The notes: generated by a model not told the origin, from the letters alone. A DNA stretch of 63,956 nucleotides, filler included, from Chloroflexota bacterium (GCA_043754535.1; 7 parts of 7 records of this genome joined end to end with filler, not necessarily neighbours in it); one strand, 5' to 3'. Counted from the whole stretch's first letter, positions 50,581 to 59,854 are shown. Translations and numbers: made by a program.

Positions 50581-52168
50581 TCAACAGCCCTGCGACTACC
50601 TCGGCAATCATGGTGGCTGGCACTGCGCTGTGCAGGGTAACGTGGCCGGGGGTTGTCGGTAGCACCCAGCGTAGCTCACCCGCCCGCACCTTCTTGTCTA
50701 GCGCAAGGGCGGCCACCACCGCAGCTACCGTCAACCCCAAACCAGCCGCAGTGGTGGGCAGGCGGTAAGCGGTTAGTAGGGCGTGCTGGCGGGCTACCAG
50801 TGCGTCGCTGCATAGACCTAGGCGGCGGGCAATCTCAGCCTCGCCCACCATCCCGACCGCCACCGCGTTGCCGTGCAGCAGCCGGTAGGCCGCCGCCTTC
50901 TCCAGGCCATGCGCGATGGTGTGGCCGTAGTTGAGGAAGATGCGTGGGCCACCCTCCCCCTCGCGCTCGTCGCCCGCGACCACCTGCCCCTTGAGGGCGG
51001 CGCAACGGCTGATAATGCGGCGGTGCAGGACCAGGTCTAGCCTGCTGTCACCCACCAGGTAGGCCGCGACTGCTGGGGCCGCCGCTTCGAGTTCAGCCAG
51101 CAGCCCACCTGCTCCTCCAAGGCTCGCCTCAATCATGCCATACTTGCACACCTCCCCCCAGCCTTCGTTGTAAGCGGCCACGGGCAGGCTGCCGAGAAAA
51201 GCGGGGTCTAGCAACACCAGAGTGGGCTGGTGGAAGGCCCCCACCAGGTTTTTGCCCACGTCGAGGTTGACAGCAGTTTTGCCGCCGATGCTAGCATCCA
51301 CCATCGCCAGCAGCGTCGTCGGCACCTGTACCACGCGCAGGCCACGCAGGTAGCTAGCCGCAGCATAGCCAGCCACGTCGCCAACGGCACCGCCGCCGAC
51401 CGCCAGCACGACGCTGCTGCGCTCCGCTCGGCTGGCGGCCAGCCAGCTATACAGCTTCGTCAACTCGGCTAGCGACTTACCCGCCTCGCCAGGGGGCAAC
51501 AGGTAGCAATGCTGCCCGGCCAGGCCACGGAAGCGCGCAACTACCTGCGGCCAGACGTTGCTATCACTAATCAGGCGCAGATTGGCCGCGCCACCCGCCA
51601 GTTCGCTAGCGACCGCCAGCAGGTCTTCACCCTCGGCGAAGCGGATGTTGGCGGCAGGGTTGGCCGCCAACCAGTCGAGGATCGCCGCTGCTGTCTCCCA
51701 GGTACTGCCAGTGCTAGCGATCACCACGTCGGCCAGCGAGCGGTAGATAGGAGCGCGCTCAGCGGCCATCACTTGCAGGCGGCTAGCAGCGTCGCCGTGC
51801 AGCAGGGGGCGGTCTTCCCCACGATGCCCAAAGCGGGCGAGCAGGGTGGTGACAGGAGCGGTCAGGTAGACTACGCGACCATGCTCGGCCAGCAGCCGCT
51901 GGTTGGCATCGTTCAGGATCGCGCCGCCGCCAGTGGCGATTACTAGCGGCTGATGGCTGAGGCAAGCACGGGCCAACACGCCACTCTCCATCAGGCGGAA
52001 GGCTGGTTCGCCCGCCTCGACGAGAATCGCGCCGACGCTACGACCCGCCAGGTGCGCGATTTCGCTATCGCTGTCCAGCAGCGGCCAGCCCAACTGCTCG
52101 GCCAGCAGCCGTCCAACGCTCGATTTGCCAACCCCGCTAAGGCCGACCAGGATGATGTGTCTTTTCAT
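50534..52168 (-). CDS. aroKB: Bifunctional shikimate kinase / 3-dehydroquinate synthase
   Basis: 'GLSGVGKS', 'ATGGG' (AroK); 'GGGAVGD', 'PTTLLAMVDASIGGK', 'LNYGHT', 'DKK' (AroB). Confidence 0.93.
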   Translation of the reverse strand: MKRHIILVGLSGVGKSSVGRLLAEQLGWPLLDSDSEIAHLAGRSVGAILVEAGEPAFRLMESGVLARACLSHQPLVIATGGGAILNDANQRLLAEHGRVVYLTAPVTTLLARFGHRGEDRPLLHGDAASRLQVMAAERAPIYRSLADVVIASTGSTWETAAAILDWLAANPAANIRFAEGEDLLAVASELAGGAANLRLISDSNVWPQVVARFRGLAGQHCYLLPPGEAGKSLAELTKLYSWLAASRAERSSVVLAVGGGAVGDVAGYAAASYLRGLRVVQVPTTLLAMVDASIGGKTAVNLDVGKNLVGAFHQPTLVLLDPAFLGSLPVAAYNEGWGEVCKYGMIEASLGGAGGLLAELEAAAPAVAAYLVGDSRLDLVLHRRIISRCAALKGQVVAGDEREGEGGPRIFLNYGHTIAHGLEKAAAYRLLHGNAVAVGMVGEAEIARRLGLCSDALVARQHALLTAYRLPTTAAGLGLTVAAVVAALALDKKVRAGELRWVLPTTPGHVTLHSAVPATMIAEVVAGLLSLRIAVVTASSCLAR

Positions 52169-52203
52169 AAAGTGCCGTGTCTGGTAAGTGATAGAGTTAG
52201 AGG

Positions 52204-52229
52204 TGGTATAATCAGGCCGTATTATAGCA
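52204..52229. promoter_or_regulatory. Overlapping face-to-face extended -10 promoters
   Basis: TGGTATAAT (+, 52204-52212) and TGCTATAAT (-, 52229-52221). Confidence 0.55.
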
Positions 52230-52269
52230 CAGCCACCTACCCCCGCTGCAAACCGCTAGAGGAGCCGCC

Positions 52270-53184
52270 ATGCAAAGGGAAACTAAGAGCGAAGTTAAAG
52301 CTGAAGGCGCGCAGACTGGAGGGCGCGGTTTGCTCTACGTTGGCATCGCTGTCCTGTTCTTCAGCACCAGCCCAGTGTTCGCAGCCTGGGCCGAGCCACT
52401 CTCAGCCTATGAGAAGACCTTTGGCCGCATGGCTCTGGCCGCCCTGGTGATCGGCTTGCTGCGCGCCTGGCGGGGCGAGAAGCTGCCGCCGCGCTCTGCT
52501 CTGCCCCGCTTCGTCGGCTACGGGTTGGTTGCCGCCCTGCACTTCCTGCTCTACATTGCCAGCCTGGTCTACACCAGTCCCGCCCACTCGCTAGCTATCG
52601 TCTACACCGCCCCGGTCTTCGTCACTATCTTCTCCACCTTCTTTCTGCACGAGCCGATCAAGCGGCGGCAGTGGGGCGGCATCGTGGTCGCCATCGCTGG
52701 GGTGCTAATCCTGGTCGGCTTCGAGCCAAACGAAAGCAGCCAAATGCTCTTTGGCGACCTGCTCGCGCTGGGATCGGCAGTCTGCTTCGGCCTCTACTCG
52801 GTGATGGGCCGCTACGAGCGCGACCGCTACAGCCTGTTCAGCTACGCTAGCACCGTCTACAGTCTGGCCGCCTGCTGGCTGGCGGTCGGCGCGCTCTATG
52901 GCGTGGTTAGCCGCCTCAGCCTGCCACCACTCCCCGCTGGCTACTTCCCTTTGGGCGCACTGCTAGCGGTGGTCGGTCTCGGTTTGCTGCCGCTAGCCCT
53001 CGGCCACACCCTCTACAACGCAGGGCTGCGCCTTACCCACGCCACCTACATCAATGTGATTGCTACTCAGGAGGTAACCGGCGGCATCCTACTCACCTGG
53101 TGGCTGCTAGATAAGGAACCAACCGGTAATTCGCTGTTGGGCGCACTCGTTACCCTGATCGGGGTCATCGCAGTGGTACTCTAA
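52270..53184 (+). CDS. EamA/DMT-family transporter
   Basis: 10 TM, 'YTAPVFV', 'FLHEP', 'GDLLAL', 'GHTLYN'. Confidence 0.9.
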   Translation: MQRETKSEVKAEGAQTGGRGLLYVGIAVLFFSTSPVFAAWAEPLSAYEKTFGRMALAALVIGLLRAWRGEKLPPRSALPRFVGYGLVAALHFLLYIASLVYTSPAHSLAIVYTAPVFVTIFSTFFLHEPIKRRQWGGIVVAIAGVLILVGFEPNESSQMLFGDLLALGSAVCFGLYSVMGRYERDRYSLFSYASTVYSLAACWLAVGALYGVVSRLSLPPLPAGYFPLGALLAVVGLGLLPLALGHTLYNAGLRLTHATYINVIATQEVTGGILLTWWLLDKEPTGNSLLGALVTLIGVIAVVL

Positions 53185-53231
53185 ACCACGGTAGGGGGCT
53201 GTTACTGGCTAAAGATACCATAAACAGGGTA

Positions 53232-53260
53232 TTGACTACTCAGCCAAACGCTGTTATGAT
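53232..53260 (+). promoter_or_regulatory. Sigma70 promoter
   Basis: TTGACT-17 bp-TATGAT with TG extension. Confidence 0.6.
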
Positions 53261-53350
53261 AATAGAGCTTGCAGCAGATGTGGCAAACGTGCTGTTGCAA
53301 ATGGCGTTCCTAGCGGCCCAATCGGGCTAAAAGAATAGAAGGAGATTGCG

Positions 53351-53447
53351 ATGAACGGTCTTTTCAGACGACAGGGTAACCAGGCTAGCAAGCTGCTAGC
53401 CGTATTCGGCTTGATGCTCGCTCTGGTGCTGATGGGCGGCGGCTTTA
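53351..53447 (+). CDS. N-terminus (signal peptide) of a secreted protein, truncated at contig edge
   Basis: AAGGAG RBS; 'MNGLFRRQGNQASKLLAVFGLMLALVLMGGG'. Confidence 0.6.
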
Positions 53448-53548
53448 NNNNNNNNNNNNNNNNNNNNNNNNNNNNNNNNNNNNNNNNNNNNTTAATTAAT
53501 TAANNNNNNNNNNNNNNNNNNNNNNNNNNNNNNNNNNNNNNNNNNNNG

Positions 53549-53716
53549 CGTGATGCGGCTGGTGGTAACAGGCTGACGAAAGAGGGACGTGATTTGCACA
53601 CCTTCCTGAAGGAGCAGCACATCGAGCGCAAATTGTTGCAAGGGCGGGATGCCAAACCCAAAGATAAGGACAAGCCAGAGGGCGTTAAGTCCGTAAGTGA
53701 AGGTACACCATGCTAA
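53549..53716 (+). CDS. C-terminus of an unknown gene translationally coupled to csx15
   Basis: Open frame 'RDAAGGNRLTKEGRDLHTFLKEQHIERKLL...TPC*'; stop overlaps the csx15 start (ATGCTAA). Confidence 0.5.
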   Translation, partial: RDAAGGNRLTKEGRDLHTFLKEQHIERKLLQGRDAKPKDKDKPEGVKSVSEGTPC

Positions 53717-54090
53717 TCCTCAACTTTTCCCACCCGCTAACGGCGGCGCATCTAGCCGCGATTGTAGACTTGACTGGCGACAGCGAGGTACAGGAGCGGC
53801 GCGTCCCCACCCAGCTTGACCAGCAGGCCGAGTTCCTGCCGCAGATCGTGGCCCTGGCTGATGCGGCAGGGCTGCGTGCCGACGAGTGGCAGACAGCGGC
53901 GATTATCGTCAACCCGCCCGCGCTGAACTATGTGGCGGTGGCGTTGCTGGCTGAGTTGCATGGGCGGATGGGCTACTTCCCAACCTGCGTGCGGCTGCGC
54001 CCAGTAGCGGGCAGTACGCCGCCGCAGTTTGAGGTGGTGGGGCTGCTCAACTTGCAGTCGGTGCGCGAACAGGCGCGGGCGCGAAGGTAG
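53710..54090 (+). CDS. csx15: CRISPR-associated protein Csx15
   Basis: 'ILNFSHPLT', 'EWQT..IIVNPP.LN', 'LLAELHGRMGYFP..VRLRP', 'LNLQ.VRE.AR'. Confidence 0.85.
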   Translation: MLILNFSHPLTAAHLAAIVDLTGDSEVQERRVPTQLDQQAEFLPQIVALADAAGLRADEWQTAAIIVNPPALNYVAVALLAELHGRMGYFPTCVRLRPVAGSTPPQFEVVGLLNLQSVREQARARR

Positions 54091-54292
54091 TCGCTGCGGC
54101 GAACTTCGGTCCGACAGTGGGTGTTGGCAGCGGTGGCGGGGTGCTGGTAGGCGTGTTAGTGGCGTTGCCGATTGCATCCCAGATGGGGCGGTAGAAGGCC
54201 GCGCTGAGGCTTGTCTCAGCGCGGCCTTGTTTATGACCAACTCTCAACTAGATTGATATGAGACCGATGCACAGAGTTGCGGACGGTGAGGG

Positions 54293-56506
54293 TTAGTTAC
54301 TGAGGGTGCGATGCACCAGCTTAGACAACTCGCCGCGCCTGCTGCTCTCATTCGGGCGGAAGCACAAACTGCTGCTGCCGTTGCAGGTTGCGCCACTGAT
54401 GATCCCCCGTCCATAAAGCGTCTCGATTGCGCTAAAGGCGAAATGGCTAACTGGTACGTCGGTGAAGCTCGGCACGGCTGGGCTGGCTGGGCTGTAGCTG
54501 CGGATACGCTGGATGATAATAGCTATCTCAGCCCTACTGACGTTGCGGTTAGGGCCGAAGCAAGGGTATGTACTGCCTAGCTCCTGGCACTGACTGCGAC
54601 TCAGGCCACTGACCGCCCCACTGTGTGCCGCAGACTCGATGAAACTGAAGAAGATACTGCTGTTTGGCACATCGCTGAAGCTGGCGTTGGGTGGTGAGTA
54701 ACTCGGCAAGGCAAAGGCAAGGCTGGCGATCTTGGCGAACTGGCCGCGGGTGGTTGGGTTGTTGGGCCGGAAGGTGTTGTTGGCATAGCCATTGATCGCC
54801 CCGCGCCCAACCAGGAACATGATGTCGTCGTAGAATATGTAACTGGCGGGTACGTCGCTGAAGCCAGTGGGTGTACCAGTAGTTGCTGGGGTGGGAGTAG
54901 CAATCGGTGGCGTTGGCGTGGTTGCTGACCCATTGTTGTAGGTGAAGTAGTAAACTGCACTCTGTGGGCTGGTACCAGCAGTGCTGTGGGCGTACACCCA
55001 CCATGTCCAGATCGCATAGCGACCAGTGATCTGGTTGGGTGTCCAGCAATTAGCCGTTTGCAGACCGCTGTTGTAGGTTACGGGCGTGCCATCGCCGGTA
55101 TAGACATAGGCGATGTAGTCACTGGCCCCCGCTACCTGACTCCAGCAGAGCGTGGGTACGCTGGTAACGGTTGCCAAGTTAGCTGGGCTGGTCAAGATTG
55201 GAGCGGCCAAGCCCGGTAGGATGGGAGTGCTGGTTGGAATGATGATGGGGGTGTTAGTTGGTGCAGGGATGGGGGTACTGGTTGGGATGATGATGGGAGT
55301 GGCAGTGCTGGTTGGGATGATGATGGGAGTGGCGGTGCTGGTTGGAATGGGGATGGGGGTGTTGGTGAGGGCTGGTATCGGGGTTGGGGTAGGCACGGTT
55401 GGAGTCGGGGTGCTAGAGCCACCACCGTTGCCGTAGATGAAACCAACGTCTGGATACCTGCTGCTGGGGTCAGCCCCAGGGGTGCCAGTAAAGGACGAGT
55501 TATAGACACAGTAATGAACCCCGTTCCACGTCCAGTTAGAGTGCTGTGCGCTGAAGGTATTGCCGTTAACCCCAGACACGTAGCCGTCATGCCCAACGCT
55601 GCCTGCCCCTTGTACTCCTGGTTGGAGGACGAATAGAGCGTTGCTTGATGGCACAACCCCCACGTTGTAGCCGCCGTTGCGAGCCTGCCAATACCATTCC
55701 ATGGCATTGCCGCTTACAGCGGGGTAGAGGCCGCCATAGTTGGGGTGGCTAATCATGTTGCTCCACGCATATTGGCCGTACCAGGTGCAGTTACCACCAG
55801 AGGGGCAGGCGTATGGGTTGACACCAGAGTCGTGGAGGCCACAGCAGTCTGCCACGTTTGGCAGCACCGGGTGCGGCATGGTGGTCGGCAAGGTCAAGGC
55901 TAGTTCGAGGTCAGCGGTGGGGGTTAGGAACTGCCAGGAGTTAAGTACCGTGTCGTAGATGCTGCGCTCTGGGTCGCTCAGGTGTCCGTCGTAGCGCACC
56001 TGGTAGAGGTAGCCATCGTAGTTGAAGACGGTAGTCCAGCTAGCAAAGCCATTAGCTTCTGCGGCGTAGAGCGAGAGGGACGGTTGCCCATCCACTACGC
56101 GTTCTAGCACAGACTGGTCGCGGAACTGGAGGTTGCCAGTGTAAGCCTCTAGCCACTGCTCACTGCTCAGTTGCTGGGGGTTGGCTGAAACTGCAATGTG
56201 CAGGCTTGGCACCACGCGCCCGCCACTGGGTTGCAGCGAGATCATCTGGCGCGTCACGTAGGTAGGTTGGTCGTCACCGTTGTGGATGCTCACCCAGGGT
56301 GACCATTCGGCTTGGGTGAACGTAAAGCTGTAGCCGTAGGTACAGTTGGTCAAGCGGTTCAGCTTGCCAGCAGCCTCACGCAAGGTCGTGCAGTCGACGG
56401 AGGGGGTAGCTTGACCCACACTCTCGGCGGCGGCTGGGCTTGCCAAAGCTGGCAGCAAGATCACCATCAGTGACAGTACAAACATGATCTTTGCTAGATG
56501 ACGCAT
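54293..56506 (-). CDS. Secreted CHAP-domain protein with Pro/Thr linker, Ig/FnIII-like domain and SLH repeats
   Basis: Signal peptide; 'GNCTWY...GNAMEW...GH'; SLH 'FSDVP...GAINGY...FRPN...TRGQ'. Confidence 0.8.
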   Translation of the reverse strand: MRHLAKIMFVLSLMVILLPALASPAAAESVGQATPSVDCTTLREAAGKLNRLTNCTYGYSFTFTQAEWSPWVSIHNGDDQPTYVTRQMISLQPSGGRVVPSLHIAVSANPQQLSSEQWLEAYTGNLQFRDQSVLERVVDGQPSLSLYAAEANGFASWTTVFNYDGYLYQVRYDGHLSDPERSIYDTVLNSWQFLTPTADLELALTLPTTMPHPVLPNVADCCGLHDSGVNPYACPSGGNCTWYGQYAWSNMISHPNYGGLYPAVSGNAMEWYWQARNGGYNVGVVPSSNALFVLQPGVQGAGSVGHDGYVSGVNGNTFSAQHSNWTWNGVHYCVYNSSFTGTPGADPSSRYPDVGFIYGNGGGSSTPTPTVPTPTPIPALTNTPIPIPTSTATPIIIPTSTATPIIIPTSTPIPAPTNTPIIIPTSTPILPGLAAPILTSPANLATVTSVPTLCWSQVAGASDYIAYVYTGDGTPVTYNSGLQTANCWTPNQITGRYAIWTWWVYAHSTAGTSPQSAVYYFTYNNGSATTPTPPIATPTPATTGTPTGFSDVPASYIFYDDIMFLVGRGAINGYANNTFRPNNPTTRGQFAKIASLAFALPSYSPPNASFSDVPNSSIFFSFIESAAHSGAVSGLSRSQCQELGSTYPCFGPNRNVSRAEIAIIIQRIRSYSPASPAVPSFTDVPVSHFAFSAIETLYGRGIISGATCNGSSSLCFRPNESSRRGELSKLVHRTLSN
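55222..55410 (-). repeat. ~30-bp imperfect tandem repeats encoding PTSTATPIII
   Basis: GTGCTGGTTGGGATGATGATGGGAGTGGC-type units. Confidence 0.75.
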
Positions 56507-56997
56507 AAAGTTTCTCCTCCATGTTCTCCCTGCTCTTGGGCAGGTGCTAGCATTGTAAACTAAGACCGTCCTAAAAGCATCCTATGTTGCAGATGAATGA
56601 TTTGCGCTGGTTGAGGTAGTAGTTGTGGTTTTGAATGCCAGCGTTCTACTAGATGGGCAAATAAGCAGAGCTAGAACTGAGTTAGCAGCGGCTAACACCG
56701 CCTGACAAGCCGACACTGACACTACCTTAGCGGATTAGCAAGATCGTTAGCAGTGCGGCTGCTGAGTGGGCAGTAAACCAGAGTTGAGCATTGCCCAGAC
56801 GGCTGCGGTGGTTGCTCAATCTGGATTATCCAGTTTTGGCCCCTGGTGGCAAGAGTAGCGTCGCTGACCCTTGTGTGCTGCCCGACCACAAGCTAGATGA
56901 GCAGTACCGCAGCTACAGCGACGTGAATTACAAACTACTACCAACTCTGCTATAATCGGGGCGTATCGCCGTCCCCGTTGCTTGAGGAGGAAGTGGA

Positions 56998-57540
56998 ATG
57001 CTCAAGATTAACTTGCTGGGCCACCTACGGGTGGAAGTAGATGGTGCGCCGCTGAAGCTGGCGGCTAACCAGAAGATTATAGTACTGTGGGCCTACCTCC
57101 TGCTGTATGCCAACACGCCTGTGCCGCGTAGCCTACTCTGCCGTCTGCTGTGGCCCGACAGCGACGACCTGACCGCCCGTGCCAACTTGCGCCGCCACCT
57201 CTACCAGTTGCGGCAATTGTTGCCACCTGTCGCTAATGAGCAGTTGTGGTTGCAAGCAAGCAGCGAGGAAATCCGCTGGCAGGGGGATGGTTACTGGATT
57301 GATGGCGCGGCTTTCGAGCAGGCCAGCCAGCAGAGCGACAGCCTGGAGCTAGCGGTTGACCTCTACGCTGGTGAGTTGCTGCCAGAGCTTAATGTTGAAT
57401 GGCTGGCAGTTGAGCGCACGCGCCTGCACAACCTCTATATCAGCAGCCTCACCCGAAGTGTTTGCAGGAACGGAGAAGTACGGTTGGCGCGACAACGCAT
57501 ATTGCCAGCTGCCCGAGCAGCAACTGGATCAGGAAGGTAA
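56998..57540 (+). pseudogene. Truncated SARP/BTAD transcriptional regulator
   Basis: 'INLLG', 'LLWPDS...ARANLRRHL', 'LY.GELL...EWL..ER'; family similarity ends near 57455, mid-BTAD. Confidence 0.7.
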
Positions 57541-57642
57541 CGTCTTCTGTAAGGTTGTAGACTTGCCCTCAGCTTTGTCATCCTGTGCTATAATGCAAGC
57601 ACATCTGTGCGGAATGTCGCTGGTTAGCCGGGGTTTGCCCTC

Positions 57643-57780
57643 GTTCGTCCTGAACTGCACCCGTGCCTCGGCCAGCAAGTCAACGTGAAGGTGGATAGTC
57701 CGCTGGGCAGCGTGCATCCGTATCATGCTGGGAAGATTTGTCCCCTCAACTACGACTACCTGCCTGGCACCATCTGGTGA
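57643..57780 (+). pseudogene. Inorganic pyrophosphatase N-terminal remnant
   Basis: Untracked frame 'VRPELHPCLGQQVNVKVDSPLGSVHPYHAGKICPLNYDYLPGTIW*' resembles 'VDRPLGS.HP...YP.NYG.LPGT'. Confidence 0.6.
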
Positions 57781-57813
57781 TTTCAAGCGTAGCATAGCGC
57801 AAAGGAGCGAAAC

Positions 57814-58335
57814 ATGAGCAGTCAAGACCCCAAGACGATGAGTAAGCAGGAGCTACTCGCCACCGAGGAGCAGGCATTCAACGACCTGTTCGCCACCATC
57901 AGCGGCCTCACCCCAGCGCAGGCCGAGGCTCCTGCCAGCGAGGGTGGCTGGACGGTCAAGGATCACACCGCCCACCTCGTCGAGTGGGAGAAGAACACCA
58001 TCCGGCGGCTTGAGCAGCACGGTGCCTCCATCGCCGACGAGTACGGTGGCGATGACGATGCGACCAACGAGATGTTCTACCAGCGCAACAAGGATCGCCC
58101 GCTGGCCGAGGTGGTCGCCGACTTCCACGCCACCCGTGAACAGTTGCGTACCATGATCGAGTCGCTGCCGGACGAGGCGGTGACGACCTCCGGCTACCAT
58201 GCGTGGCTACCGAAACACCCGCTGACAGCCCTGCTTGCTGGTGACACCTACGGCCACTACGCCGATCATCTAGGCTATATGCAGGCTTACCTTGAGGGGC
58301 TGAAGAAAGAGGCAGACGGCGCTGACGGTGGTTGA
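57814..58335 (+). CDS. DinB/ClbS/DfsB-family four-helix bundle protein
   Basis: 'WTVKDHTAHL..WE', 'DT.GHY..H'; AAGGAG RBS. Confidence 0.8.
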   Translation: MSSQDPKTMSKQELLATEEQAFNDLFATISGLTPAQAEAPASEGGWTVKDHTAHLVEWEKNTIRRLEQHGASIADEYGGDDDATNEMFYQRNKDRPLAEVVADFHATREQLRTMIESLPDEAVTTSGYHAWLPKHPLTALLAGDTYGHYADHLGYMQAYLEGLKKEADGADGG

Positions 58336-58876
58336 GTTTGCAGGCATTCACTATCCGCTAGTGACACAGAGTGTGCCGGAGTTCTACACGCAGCTTGGCC
58401 GCGACCGGGAGCAGTATGCTCTCTTGGAAGTGCCGGTAGCTGACAAGAGCTATGGCGAGTACACGCAGGCAATGCAGCGGGTGCATGGCAAGCCGATCCT
58501 CGGCGGGCAGACGGCCCGCAAGCCGTGCCACTGCTTTGCCGACTACACGCCGGTGGTGCGCTGGTTCACCAACTTGCGACTGGACGAACAGGACGACATC
58601 ACGCCAGCACTCGGCGACCCGGCCAGCTACGCCCCGGCAGTACTGCGCCAGTTCGACATCCGCTACATCATCCTCTACCGCAGCCTGCTGAAGCCGAATC
58701 AGTATGTCGAGGCCGAGAAGCTGGTGCGGACGATGCTGCCGGGTGCGTCCCCGACATACAGCGACACGATGATCACTGCCTATGTCGTGCCAACGGCAAC
58801 GACCGACCCGCGGTCGTCTGCTCGTCGTCCACGAGGACACGCACACGACTGGCATGGGCGGCCAGATTGCCGCTGA
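58328..58876 (+). pseudogene. Internal fragment of a large membrane-protein gene
   Basis: Starts right after a lost TM ('VVEF..P...VPEFY..L'), 'Q.VHGKPI.GG..AR'; scrambled 3' end. Confidence 0.45.
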
Positions 58877-59131
58877 GGTTGCCCGCCACGCCTTCAGCTA
58901 CCTNNNNNNNNNNNNNNNNNNNNNNNNNNNNNNNNNNNNNNNNNNNNTTAATTAATTAANNNNNNNNNNNNNNNNNNNNNNNNNNNNNNNNNNNNNNNNN
59001 NNNCGCCGCGCTGCGCTGCACCTGATTGCAGCAAGCGGGTGGCCGACCTCAGCGATCTGTGCGACCGCCACATGACCATCTTCTTGAAAGGGGGTGGGGG
59101 TAAGGTTAGCACGGGTGTGCCAAACACCCAT

Positions 59132-59160
59132 TTGACATATCTGTTTTGGGTCGTCATACT
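59132..59160 (+). promoter_or_regulatory. Sigma70 promoter with adjacent inverted repeat
   Basis: TTGACA-17 bp-CATACT; GGGTGT-N5-ACACCC at 59113-59129. Confidence 0.5.
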
Positions 59161-59251
59161 TACTAAAGGGGTGCAAGCATCTTGCAAAGAAATGCAGCAA
59201 GTTGAAGCAGCCCTGCCAGATCGGGTAGAATTAGAACAGCCCCTCAACAGA

Positions 59252-59438
59252 CAAAGAAACGCCGCCCCACTTTAGCAGAGCGGAGCGGCAAGGTTCAAAG
59301 TTTAGCCGGGGTATTACAGAATTACAATCGGTTCTCCTAGAGATAGTAGCAAGCCAGAACCCTTTACGAGAGGGGCTGAGCATTCAAGACCAACAGGCAG
59401 TCGGAGTGACCGCAGGCAAGTCTCAAAATGGGCTTACG
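59252..59438 (-). ncRNA. Candidate ~185-nt small RNA
   Basis: TGCTATAAT at 59452-59444; terminator GCCGCTCCGCT-loop-AGTGGGGCGGC-GTTTCTTT at 59289-59252. Confidence 0.45.
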
Positions 59439-59705
59439 GAGCAATTATAGCATAAAACGTGTGCGAACGCAACGTTTATATGCATTGCGAGAAGAAAGCG
59501 TTTATAGTTTCAACGCTCCTCATCCCACAAGCCCCTCAATCTTGCCCAAATGGTCGCTCCCCAGCGCAGCTTCACCCTGGCGGGGGATGTTGCGACCATT
59601 GAAAGAGGCAACAGCGAGGCCACCCGCCTCCTGATCACAAGCCTCCTAATCCCCAAACCTGACGCTGCCGCCACAGCCGAGGGTAAGGGGATTTTAGTTT
59701 TAAGG

Positions 59706-59778
59706 CAAAGAGAAGGCCCGCAGCAGGAGCGTGCGGGCAGGGCGGCGAAGATGTGGAGGCCATATATAGACGCTGAAC
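59706..59778 (-). ncRNA. Candidate ~70-nt counter-transcribed (copy-control) RNA
   Basis: TGGTACAAT at 59793-59785; terminator GCCCGCA-N9-TGCGGGC-CTTCTCTTT at 59738-59707; antisense to the region just upstream of rep. Confidence 0.5.
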
Positions 59779-59854
59779 ACCTCTATTGTACCATATCTTG
59801 TGCCTAGCCTGCCATAAATCCCCCTGCTGCTTGCCTGACGAGAGGGCGAGCAAA

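Noticed and set aside
53265..53345. Leader hairpin containing GGCAAAC (c-di-GMP-I riboswitch-like)
   Set aside because: Lacks the GNRA-loop P2 and GCAAAG/P3 elements; only a simple stem.
54047..54247. Minus-strand Pro/Thr-rich ORF
   Set aside because: Possibly a remnant of a secreted protein, but too short and low-complexity to call.
53548..58903. Possible CRISPR array near csx15
   Set aside because: No repeat-spacer periodicity seen; the only tandem repeats encode Pro/Thr linkers.
59550..59807. 85-aa ORF upstream of rep as a CopG-like repressor
   Set aside because: No RBS or DNA-binding motif; it runs through hairpins and the antisense promoter.
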